From positions 3,050 through 67,049 of the forward strand of contig JAPPAB010000158.1 in the NCBI GenBank assembly GCA_026705765.1: a stretch of 64,000 nt of DNA, read 5' to 3'. Shown here one piece after another: positions 19,012-26,977 of this stretch. The stretch is from Gemmatimonadota bacterium. GTDB taxonomy: Bacteria; Latescibacterota; UBA2968. Within the stretch, counting starts at the first letter, position 1. Each line of letters begins with the position of its first letter. The notes beneath the pieces were generated by a model, which did no database searches, had not been told where the DNA came from, and saw nothing but the letters and a program-made list of their open reading frames with translations. The position numbers and the translations under genes were made by a program.

Positions 19012-19833
19012 ATGGATCGAGCGAGTGGGTTCTGGAAGTCGGTCTGGACGGGGTTGCAAAGCCGCTATCTGTCGCCGGCATTGATTACTTGCATTCTGGT
19101 TGGGGGACAGGTTACTTTTGGCTTTTTGGAGAGTTTGGGGCAGACGCTGACAGCTATCCTGAGTAGCGTACTGACGGAATTTGCACTGGGGCGGTTGACG
19201 TGGGGTGTGTGGCCGGGGCTGGTCAGTGCGTATATTACCGGGATTAGTGTGGGTATTTTGATCCGCTCGCCTCTGTTTTGGCCTTATGTGTTGTGCAGCG
19301 TGTTGTCTATTGCATCTAAGTATGTGTTGCGATGGCGCGGCAGGCATTTGTGGAATCCATCCAATTTTGGGGTGAGTATTATGCTGTTTCTCGCCCCTGA
19401 AGTGGTGGCGGGGTTGAGTATCCAGTGGGGCAATACCCTGTGGACCATGGTAATCATCTGGATTCTGGGAAGTGCTGCGCTCTGGCGATTGCGGCGGTTT
19501 CATATCTGCGCGGTATATGTTATTTCGTTTTTGGCTTTTGCTTTTATTCGCTGCATGTTTACCGGGCAGGCGTATTTGACGAGCATTGCGCCGATTACAG
19601 GACCGATGTATCAGTTGTTCATTTTTTTTATGATTACAGATCCCAGAACGACTGTGATGACGCGAAAAGGGCAGTGCTTTGTCGCGTTTCTGGTGGCTTT
19701 TGTCGAGATGATTTTGCGCTTGAATGAAGCGATTTACGCACCGTTTTACGCGCTGTTTCTGGTAGGACCTGCGGCGAATGCGTTTGAGATATGGAGGGGA
19801 GAGGCGAAGGAAACGGCTGATGGATATAATTGA
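19012..19833 (+). CDS. integral membrane protein, NqrB/RnfD-like fold (UnbU-like)
   Basis: ATG lies 1 nt after the upstream stop, and there are about 8 hydrophobic helices. Motifs HLWNPSNFG and FFMITDPRTT resemble the NPA-like and FM.TDP motifs of NqrB/RnfD-type proteins. The enediyne-cluster protein UnbU is annotated in this family (from memory, unverified). Confidence 0.6.
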   Translation: MDRASGFWKSVWTGLQSRYLSPALITCILVGGQVTFGFLESLGQTLTAILSSVLTEFALGRLTWGVWPGLVSAYITGISVGILIRSPLFWPYVLCSVLSIASKYVLRWRGRHLWNPSNFGVSIMLFLAPEVVAGLSIQWGNTLWTMVIIWILGSAALWRLRRFHICAVYVISFLAFAFIRCMFTGQAYLTSIAPITGPMYQLFIFFMITDPRTTVMTRKGQCFVAFLVAFVEMILRLNEAIYAPFYALFLVGPAANAFEIWRGEAKETADGYN

Positions 19834-20551
19834 TTTTGTGGTGTTGGGAGTTGGCGGTTTTTTGATTGGCGTGATGCGCGCGGGATTTGGCGGTGGTATT
19901 GGTGTGGTGGCTGTGCCAGTTCTCGCGCTCGCAGTGCCCGCAAAGTCCGCACTGGGGCTTGTTTTGCCACTTTCTCTGACAACCGATGTGATCAGTGCGC
20001 GGTACTACTGGGGACATTGGGTTGGAGACCATGTCAAGGCGTTGATGCCCGGTATGGTACTGGGTATTTTGATTGGTGCGGGTATTCTGGATATTGTGCC
20101 AGAGGTCTGGTTTCGACGCCTGTTAGGCGCTCTGGCATGTATTTTTGCTGTGTTACAGACCCTGAGGGATCGGGTACTGGTGAATGTACGACCGCCGGGA
20201 CCGTGGATGCGTTTTGGCGTTGGTGTGACTTTGGGAGTGGTTTCCACATTGGTTTCTGCGGGGGGCGTGATTTTGATGTTGTATTTGTTGCCACAGGGCC
20301 TGGTCGGGCGCACATTTGTGGGTACTGCGTGGATTTTTGGCATTGTTTTAAATCTTTTGAAGTTGACGCCTTATGTTTTTTTGGGATTGATCAATTTCCA
20401 GAGTTTGGTGATGGATACGTGGATGTTGCCGGCTTTGTTCCTGGGGGCAGCGGTCGGTTTGTTTTTGAATAGACGGTTATCCCCAGTGTGGTTTAACCGC
20501 AGTGTGCTGGTTCTGGTGCTGGGAATTGGACTGAAATTGATGTTGTCATAA
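19820..20551 (+). CDS. TauE/SafE (TSUP, DUF81) family anion exporter-like membrane protein
   Basis: Gly-rich helices (GVGGFLIGVMRAGFGGGIGVVAVPVL) and 7-8 TM segments. Internal ATG 19820 is preferred because the track start 19778 would add an RRRKR-rich leader overlapping the upstream gene by 56 nt. Confidence 0.8.
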   Translation: MDIIDFVVLGVGGFLIGVMRAGFGGGIGVVAVPVLALAVPAKSALGLVLPLSLTTDVISARYYWGHWVGDHVKALMPGMVLGILIGAGILDIVPEVWFRRLLGALACIFAVLQTLRDRVLVNVRPPGPWMRFGVGVTLGVVSTLVSAGGVILMLYLLPQGLVGRTFVGTAWIFGIVLNLLKLTPYVFLGLINFQSLVMDTWMLPALFLGAAVGLFLNRRLSPVWFNRSVLVLVLGIGLKLMLS

Positions 20552-20556
20552 AAAAT

Positions 20557-20646
20557 AAGCGAATAGACGAATAGACGAATGGAATACACACTGATTTTGG
20601 GAGGATGGGCGGGGTTCGTAGATTCGTAGATTCGCTGATTCGTCCG
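20557..20646 (+). repeat. composite octamer-repeat element R1 (3 x CGAATnnn / conserved core / 4 x TTCGnnnn)
   Basis: CGAAT occurs at 20560, 20568 and 20576, and TTCG at 20615, 20623, 20631 and 20639 (8-nt phasing). The core ACTGATTTTGGGAGGATGGGCGGGGTTCGT is nearly identical to the core of R2 (61610-61638). Confidence 0.8.
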
Positions 20647-20655
20647 AGGTGTTGT

Positions 20656-21198
20656 ATGGGAAGTACTGAACGCGATCGTTTCTGGACGCTGTCAAATGCC
20701 GTTAGTTTGTTGCGCGTGGTGCTGACTCTGCCCGCTATATGGCTTATTGCATTGGGGCCGGATTATGTATGGGAAGCTTTCGGCGTGGTGGTGGTGATGA
20801 TTGTCAGCGATTGGATAGATGGGTGGCTCGCGCGCTGGCGGGATGAAATTTCACAGTGGGGGAAGATTCTCGATCCTCTGGCTGATAAGGTGGCTGTTGG
20901 CGCGATTACAATTGCCATGGTTGTGTTCAAAGATTTGCCCGTATGGCTGGTTGTGGTCGTTTTGTTGCGCGATGTGGTGATTTTTTTTGCGGGGATGTAT
21001 CTGGTCAAGCGACGCGATGTGTTGTTGTCTTCCAATTTTTGGGGCAAGGTTACAACGCTGGTGCTGAGTGGGTTGCTTTTGGCCTATTTATGGGATGCCG
21101 ATGCGCTCAAGCCCCTGCTGATTGGTCTGAGTGTTGTGTTTCTCGTTGTTTCACTGATTAGTTATGGACGGCAGTTTTATGATGTAATAAAAAGATAG
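20656..21198 (+). CDS. CDP-alcohol phosphatidyltransferase family protein
   Basis: DWIDGWLARWRDEISQWGKILDPLADK fits the D(x)2DG(x)2AR(x)8G(x)3D(x)3D signature exactly. Start moved to ATG 20656 because codons 1-17 of the track ORF (20605) translate repeat R1 (RRFVDSLIRP). Confidence 0.85.
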   Translation: MGSTERDRFWTLSNAVSLLRVVLTLPAIWLIALGPDYVWEAFGVVVVMIVSDWIDGWLARWRDEISQWGKILDPLADKVAVGAITIAMVVFKDLPVWLVVVVLLRDVVIFFAGMYLVKRRDVLLSSNFWGKVTTLVLSGLLLAYLWDADALKPLLIGLSVVFLVVSLISYGRQFYDVIKR

Positions 21199-21208
21199 CG
21201 GGGTCGAT

Positions 21209-21883
21209 GTGCGGATCAGTGTGATTATTCCCGTTCTAAATGAAGAAGCTGTTATCGGCGCGTGTCTGACTCAGTTTTGCGATGTTGAGGACGTGGAACT
21301 GATTGTGGTAGATGGTGGGAGTGCGGATGACACTCAGAGGGTGGTTGCGGCGCGTGGTGGAGCACAATGGGTCCAGGTAGCGAAAGCAGGACGAGCACTG
21401 CAGATGAATGCCGGTGCAGAACGGGCGACGGGCGATGTGTTTTTGTTTTTGCACGCCGATACATTTTTGCCCTCTGATGGGTTGATGTTGATACGCGATT
21501 CGCTACGTGTGCCCGGTGTAGTGGGCGGGCGATTTCGGCTCGGCTTGTCGGAGAAGACGATTGGTTTTCGATTGGTTGCGTTTTTGAGTACATTGCGCTC
21601 CCGGTATTTGGGGATTACTTATGGCGATCAGGGTATTTATATTCGGCGAGAGACTTTTAATGCTGTGGGGGGATTTCCATCCTTGCAGTTGTTTGAGGAT
21701 TCAGAGTTTTGCTCGCGTGTGGCGCGTGAGGGCAAATTTGTAATGCTCAATGCACGGGTATGCAGTTCCACGCGGCGGTGGCGCGAGTGGGGTTTTGTTC
21801 GCACTGTGGTAGAGATGTGGGTGTTGCGTATTCTCTATACGCTTTCTGTGTCGGATGTCACGTTGAGTCGATGGTATCGGTGA
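21209..21883 (+). CDS. family-2 glycosyltransferase (resembles the TIGR04283 clade)
   Basis: GTG start. ISVIIPVLNEE....CL......EDVELIVVDGGSADDT plus LFLHADT and a C-terminal RRW..WG block, as I recall for TIGR04283-type GT2 enzymes. The subfamily assignment is unverified. Confidence 0.75.
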   Translation: MRISVIIPVLNEEAVIGACLTQFCDVEDVELIVVDGGSADDTQRVVAARGGAQWVQVAKAGRALQMNAGAERATGDVFLFLHADTFLPSDGLMLIRDSLRVPGVVGGRFRLGLSEKTIGFRLVAFLSTLRSRYLGITYGDQGIYIRRETFNAVGGFPSLQLFEDSEFCSRVAREGKFVMLNARVCSSTRRWREWGFVRTVVEMWVLRILYTLSVSDVTLSRWYR

Positions 21884-21888
21884 ATGAA

Positions 21889-22785
21889 ATGGAATACAGG
21901 ATATTTGGCAAGACGGGATGGGAGGTCAGTGAGATAGGGCTTGGCGGTTCGTGGTTCTACGGGCGTCCGGAGATGGGGCTAAAGCCGGTGTCACATGGGG
22001 TGGCGGTGGTGGAACGGGCGCTGGAATTGGGTGTGAATTATTTCGATACCGCGCCACTTTACGGACGCGGGCGCAGCGAAGAGGTGCTGGGTGTCGCGCT
22101 GTCGGGTGTGCGAGAGCCGTATTATCTGGCGACAAAGGTGGGGTATTATCCCGAGCCTTTTGACTATACACGCGATGCGGTATGGCGCGGTCTCGATGCG
22201 AGTTTGAAGCGGTTAAAGCGCGATCATGTGCACCTTTTGCAGGTGCACGAAGCCGAAAAAGCCGGGTGGCCCGGGTTGTTTGATGCAGGTCGGACTATAG
22301 AGGCGTTGTTGGAGATACAGGCTCAGGGAATTTGCGATTATATTGGGCTGACGGGTTCCGATCTGGATTTGATGTCTCGGGTGCTCAAAGAGACCGATGT
22401 TTTTGTTTCGGTGATTACGTTTTGCAAGTACGATTTGCTGACGAGAGAAGCGACTGAGGAATTGGTTCCCACAGCAGCGGCAGAAGGCGTTGCCGTGATT
22501 TGCGCTTCGCCACTGCACGCGGGGTTGTTGGGTTCAAAGCGGGAGCAGTGGATGGCGCAGGGGCGATTTGCCGATTTGTACGACAATCTGATTCGGGTAG
22601 AGAAAATTGTTGAAGATTTAGATGAACCCCTGACGCGTACGGCTTTGCGCTATTTGTTGTCGGACAATCGGGTGTCGATGTTGCTGTGCGGGGTATCGGA
22701 TATCGATGAGTTGGAGGATAGTGTGCGTGTGTCGGATGGTGAGAGATTATCCGGAGAATTGATTGCAGAGATAGAGGGGGAATAG
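21889..22785 (+). CDS. aldo/keto reductase
   Basis: MEYRIFGKTGWEVSEIGLGG, NYFDTAPLYGRGRSEEVLG and HVHLLQVHE. ATG 21889 follows the upstream stop; the track start 21760 overlaps the GT gene in another frame. Confidence 0.85.
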   Translation: MEYRIFGKTGWEVSEIGLGGSWFYGRPEMGLKPVSHGVAVVERALELGVNYFDTAPLYGRGRSEEVLGVALSGVREPYYLATKVGYYPEPFDYTRDAVWRGLDASLKRLKRDHVHLLQVHEAEKAGWPGLFDAGRTIEALLEIQAQGICDYIGLTGSDLDLMSRVLKETDVFVSVITFCKYDLLTREATEELVPTAAAEGVAVICASPLHAGLLGSKREQWMAQGRFADLYDNLIRVEKIVEDLDEPLTRTALRYLLSDNRVSMLLCGVSDIDELEDSVRVSDGERLSGELIAEIEGE

Positions 22786-22788
22786 TAT

Positions 22789-23829
22789 ATGCAACCCATT
22801 CGCATAGGGATGATTGGTTTGGGTCATATTCCGCAGAATGCACATTTGCCAGTTCTTTCCCAATTGGTCGAAAAGGGCGAGGTAGTATTGCAGGCATTTT
22901 GCGATGTGGATCAGGGTGTTGTGTCTGAGCAGGCAAAGGTTTGGGGCGCGAAATCTGTTTACACAGATCACCGCGAGATGTTTGACAAAGAGGAATTGGA
23001 TGGGGTTTATGTGTGCTTGCCCCCGGCTTTGCATACGGATGCGGAGTTGATCGCTGCGGAGAAGGGGATCGCTCTTTTTGTGGAGAAACCGCAGAGTTTG
23101 GATATGGCTCAGGCTGTGGCATTTAATGAGGCGATTGATAGGGCGGGTATTGTTTCCCAGGTGGGGTTCATGAGTCGCTACTATCCTTCTGCTGAATATT
23201 TGAAGGCGATGCTCGAAGCGCGGGTGCCGCGGCATGCACAGGTGCAGTTGTTTTACAGCGGGCGGCATATCCGATACTGGACGAGTCGCATGGCCCTGTG
23301 TGGGGGATCGTACGTGGAAAATACGATTCACATGATCGATTTGTTGCGTTTTTTTCTGGGGGATATCGAGGCGGTATCGGCGTTTTATTTTTACCGCGCG
23401 GAAGGTGAGGGACCAGAGCCGATCAATATGCCGTATGTCTATAATGTGAATTATCGATTTAAGAGTGGTGTGGTTGCCAATGCAACGACATCGCGGGTGT
23501 TGACCAATGTGAATTATGCGCGGCGCGAGGTGACACTTGTTGCCGACGATGCGCTTTTCGAGTGGTCGGCGCAAAATGTCGTGTTGAATGGCGAAGAAGT
23601 CGCGGCGTGGGATGGCCGTCCCAATGCGTTTGCGTTTCAGGCAGAGGCATTTGTCAGTGCTATACGGAAGGGAGACCGCACCTTGATGCGGAGCTCTTAT
23701 GGCGATGCGCTGAACAGTCTGGCGGCTGTACTGGGAGCCAATGCATCTGCCGAACGCGGTGGGGAGCTTGTGTTGTTAGAGGACATGATTGCAGGACGGG
23801 TGATGTGGTCACCTGGGGAGGATGTCTGA
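22789..23829 (+). CDS. Gfo/Idh/MocA family oxidoreductase
   Basis: N-terminal Rossmann motif IRIGMIGLGHI, then ELDGVYVCLPPALH and the LFVEKP motif. Confidence 0.85.
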   Translation: MQPIRIGMIGLGHIPQNAHLPVLSQLVEKGEVVLQAFCDVDQGVVSEQAKVWGAKSVYTDHREMFDKEELDGVYVCLPPALHTDAELIAAEKGIALFVEKPQSLDMAQAVAFNEAIDRAGIVSQVGFMSRYYPSAEYLKAMLEARVPRHAQVQLFYSGRHIRYWTSRMALCGGSYVENTIHMIDLLRFFLGDIEAVSAFYFYRAEGEGPEPINMPYVYNVNYRFKSGVVANATTSRVLTNVNYARREVTLVADDALFEWSAQNVVLNGEEVAAWDGRPNAFAFQAEAFVSAIRKGDRTLMRSSYGDALNSLAAVLGANASAERGGELVLLEDMIAGRVMWSPGEDV

Positions 23830-23837
23830 CTGTGGAT

Positions 23838-25229
23838 ATGCATTTTGCAACCCTATCGGAATTGGGCGCGCGCTATCGGGCGGGGGATGTGTCGCCGGTT
23901 GAGGTGGTGGATGCATTGCTCAATCGCATCGACGAGTACGGCGATCAGGCAAAGGCGTTTATTACTGTTACGGCAGAACGCGCTCGCGCCGAGGCACAGG
24001 CGGCGGAGGTGATGTTGCGGTCGGGATCGGATTTGGGTCCTTTGCACGGCATTCCAATCGCGCTTAAAGATTTGTTTCACACGGCGGGTATTCGCACGAC
24101 TTCGGGCGCGAAAGTATGGGATACATTTGTTCCGGAGGATTCGGCAACCGTCGCAAAGCGTCTTTCGCGTGTCGGCGCTGTGTTGATGGGCAAGACCAAT
24201 ATGGTGGAACTCGCGTTTGGACCTTATGGTTTGAATCCCCATTACGGTACACCGCCCAATCCCTGGGGATCAGAATGCGTGCCGGGTGGGTCGAGCAGTG
24301 GGTCGGGGGTGGCCGTGGCGGTAGGGCTGGTGCCTGTTGCTATGGGTACGGATACGGGGGGATCTATTCGGATCCCGGCGTCGTTTTGCGGTGTTGTGGG
24401 GCTCAAGCCCACGCTGGAACGGGTGAGCCGCGCTGGCGCAATGCCGCTTTCGTGGACGCTGGATAGCATGGGACCTTTGACGCGGTCTGTGGAAGATGCC
24501 GCGCTGGTGTTTGAGGCGATTGCTGGACCTGATGCGGCTGATCCAGTGACATTAAATCAACCGCTGGTGGATGTGGTTCGCGGGTTAAAGCGAGATGTGA
24601 AGGGGTTGCGCGTAGGATTTGTGCGCGATCCGTTTTGCGATGGGGCAGATGGCGTGGTTATTGCTTCGGTAGAAGCCGCGGCAGAGATTTTGTGTGACTT
24701 GGGGGTCAATGTGGAGGAAATGCAATTTCCCGAAGCGCGGGAAGAGTTAGACGAAGAGCTCGAGGGCCGCGGCAGTGCGATGATTATGTGCGTGGAGGGG
24801 TATGCATGCCATGGAGATTTGATTACCCGGCGGGGTGAGATGATGGATCCGCGCATTCGCGCGCGGATTGCACATGGCGCGTCTTTTTCTGCGCCAGATT
24901 ATGCGGCGGTTTTACAAAAGCGCGAGGCGTTGCGAATCTCTGCCCGTGAGACCCTGCGAGATGTGGATGCGGTGATTTGTCCGACGATGTTGACGGTTGC
25001 ACCGCGTATCGCAGATGTGGATGCTGCGCCCGTCAGGTTGACAACGCGGCTGGTCAATTTTTTGGGTTTATGCGCGGTGTCGGTTCCGTGTGGGTGGTCT
25101 GATGAAGCTTTGCCTATTGGCTTGCAGATTATTGGCAAACCTTATGACGAGGCTCGAATTTTGCGCCTGGCTTATGCTTATGAGCAGGCGGTAGGTTCGC
25201 GGTTGGCTCCCGACTTTATTCAGGTATAA
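23838..25229 (+). CDS. amidase (amidase-signature family)
   Basis: GGSSSGSGVAVAVGLVPVAMGTDTGGSIRIPASFCGVVGLKPT is the AS-family signature. ATG 23838 is chosen because the track start 23562 overlaps the previous gene with Cys/Arg-rich junk. Confidence 0.9.
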   Translation: MHFATLSELGARYRAGDVSPVEVVDALLNRIDEYGDQAKAFITVTAERARAEAQAAEVMLRSGSDLGPLHGIPIALKDLFHTAGIRTTSGAKVWDTFVPEDSATVAKRLSRVGAVLMGKTNMVELAFGPYGLNPHYGTPPNPWGSECVPGGSSSGSGVAVAVGLVPVAMGTDTGGSIRIPASFCGVVGLKPTLERVSRAGAMPLSWTLDSMGPLTRSVEDAALVFEAIAGPDAADPVTLNQPLVDVVRGLKRDVKGLRVGFVRDPFCDGADGVVIASVEAAAEILCDLGVNVEEMQFPEAREELDEELEGRGSAMIMCVEGYACHGDLITRRGEMMDPRIRARIAHGASFSAPDYAAVLQKREALRISARETLRDVDAVICPTMLTVAPRIADVDAAPVRLTTRLVNFLGLCAVSVPCGWSDEALPIGLQIIGKPYDEARILRLAYAYEQAVGSRLAPDFIQV

Positions 25230-26181
25230 ATTCCGTAGTGAAGATCAGGTTGAGATCGACTTTTTGGTCGATCATGCCCAGGCTGTGGAGGATGTCCTGT
25301 GTTTGTTGCCACTTTGCTTCCGTTTGGGCACCCAGGCCCTGTTGTTGTGTGTCGGCGCTCTGCAATAGGGGAATCAGATATTTGAAATTGGCGCGATTGA
25401 AGGCTTCATCGCTTTCGGGGCGTGCGGCCATGTAGGCTGCTACCGCATCTTCGGGATGATCGACGGCGTGTTGCCATCCGCGCAGGCTCGCCCGCAAAAA
25501 GCGTTTGACCAGATCGGGATTTTCTTTGAGAAAAGACTCGTTGGCAATGATATTGGTGCTATATACATCGATGCCGTAATCCGATAGGGCAAGGCGATTG
25601 ACCGCGTGGCCCTGAAGTTCGACTGTGACGGGTTGGTCTTCGGTATATCCGAGCATGGCATCGACTTGACCTGCGAGGAGTGGTGCCGGGCTGGCTTCAC
25701 TCATGCCCATGAGCTGTATGTCTTCTTCAGAGATATTCTGGTGGCGCAAGAAAGCTTGAAATTCGCGGTGTTTCGTGCCGCCGACATTGACGCCAATGCT
25801 TTTGCCGATCAGGTCCTGTGGTGTTGTGATATTTTTTTCTACGAGCGAATAAACGACCACCGGGGTTTGCTGATTGATTACGGCGAGCGATACAATGGGG
25901 ATATTACGCGCTCTTGACATAACAGTTGCCGATCCGCTGGCTACGCCGAGTTTGTAGGTGCCGTTGCCCACGACGCGGGCCGCAGTGGGGGCACCACTGC
26001 CTTCGAGGATTTCGACCTCAAGTCCCTCTTGTTCGTAAAAGCCCTTTTGTTTGGCGACAAAAAAGCCCGCGTGTTCCATCTGCGCCTTCCAGTCGAGAAT
26101 GAATTGCACTTGTGTCTTGTCTGTACTCGTACAGGAGAGGGTGAAGAGGGCGAGGGCAAGAGCGATGACTATTTTTTTCAT
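25216..26181 (-). CDS. ABC transporter substrate-binding lipoprotein, NMT1/THI5-like (SsuA/TauA type)
   Basis: Lipoprotein signal (ALALFTLSC). The block FILDW......AGFFVA...G.Y...GL.V is typical of nitrate/sulfonate/bicarbonate-type binding proteins. Confidence 0.8.
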   Translation of the reverse strand: MKKIVIALALALFTLSCTSTDKTQVQFILDWKAQMEHAGFFVAKQKGFYEQEGLEVEILEGSGAPTAARVVGNGTYKLGVASGSATVMSRARNIPIVSLAVINQQTPVVVYSLVEKNITTPQDLIGKSIGVNVGGTKHREFQAFLRHQNISEEDIQLMGMSEASPAPLLAGQVDAMLGYTEDQPVTVELQGHAVNRLALSDYGIDVYSTNIIANESFLKENPDLVKRFLRASLRGWQHAVDHPEDAVAAYMAARPESDEAFNRANFKYLIPLLQSADTQQQGLGAQTEAKWQQTQDILHSLGMIDQKVDLNLIFTTEFIPE

Positions 26182-26194
26182 GGGAATACTCCTT

Positions 26195-26977
26195 TTATCG
26201 TCCTATGGTTTCAACGGCGCCACCCCAACGGCGCAGGGCTGTTTTCTCGAGGCCGTCAACGAGTAGAAACAGGCCCGTGCCCATACATCCAAGTGCGAGC
26301 AGGGCGGCAAACATCAAATCGGTGGCGAGTTCTGAATTGGCGAGTCGAATGAGATGGCCCAGGCCCGCACTGGAGCCGACAAATTCGCCGACTACAGCGC
26401 CAATTACACTGAGCGTGATGCACATTTTGAGTGCGGCAAAAAGGTAGGGAATGGCATTGGGCAAGCGCACTTTGAAAAAAATTTGTCGTTGGCTGGCCGA
26501 GAGCGACCGCATCAAGTCGAGGATGGATTTGTCAACTGATAAGAGACCGCGCGTGGTGTTGATCACAACGGGAAAAAAAGAAATTAGTCCCGCAATAATC
26601 ACTTTTGGCAAAAGGCCAAATCCAAACCAGATAACAAAGACAGGCGCCAGTGCCTCTTTGGGGAAGGTCTGGGTGGAGATGACCAGTGGATAGAGCATCC
26701 GTTCAATCAGGCGGGATCGGGCCATTGCTATGGCGCAAAGTAGCCCCGATGACGCGCCTGTGAAAAAGCCGCCGAGGGCTTCGGTGAGTGTGACGAGGCC
26801 ATGAGAGAACAGGAGGCGATGGGATGCGGCAAATTTGGACAGGATTTGAGAGGGCGGTGGGAGGATAAATGCAGCGAGGTCGAGGATCCGCACGACTATT
26901 TCCCACAAGCCGAGTAGCAGGATGATAAATAGCCCTGAAAGGGCGTATTCTCTGGCAAAAAAGCGGATTAGTTTCAC
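26195..26977 (-). CDS. ABC transporter permease (SsuC/TauC type)
   Basis: Six hydrophobic segments and the EAA-type loop (DKSILDLMRSLSASQRQIFFKVRLPNAIPY). GTG start overlaps the upstream stop (GTGA). Confidence 0.85.
   Translation of the reverse strand: MKLIRFFAREYALSGLFIILLLGLWEIVVRILDLAAFILPPPSQILSKFAASHRLLFSHGLVTLTEALGGFFTGASSGLLCAIAMARSRLIERMLYPLVISTQTFPKEALAPVFVIWFGFGLLPKVIIAGLISFFPVVINTTRGLLSVDKSILDLMRSLSASQRQIFFKVRLPNAIPYLFAALKMCITLSVIGAVVGEFVGSSAGLGHLIRLANSELATDLMFAALLALGCMGTGLFLLVDGLEKTALRRWGGAVETIGR

Noticed and set aside
18496-19503. 335-aa - strand ORF spanning the CRTAC1/UnbU-like junction
   Set aside because: Pro/Arg/Gln-rich junk translation antisense to two well-supported genes.
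17220-20551. Considered an enediyne or other polyketide biosynthetic cluster because of the UnbV/UnbU-like genes
   Set aside because: No PKS, thioesterase, UnbL-like or tailoring genes occur anywhere in the 64 kb. The context is envelope repeat proteins.
23562-23837. N-terminal extensions given by the track for several genes (amidase 23562, AKR 21760, TauE 19778, phosphatidyltransferase 20605, bactofilin 27434, enolase-family 35099, DUF1854-like 31856, thioredoxin-like 40039, permease 41096, HExxH protein 44100)
   Set aside because: Each extension overlaps the upstream gene or a repeat element and encodes atypical sequence. An internal start with a good RBS, a signal peptide or a stop-start coupling gives the family-typical N-terminus.
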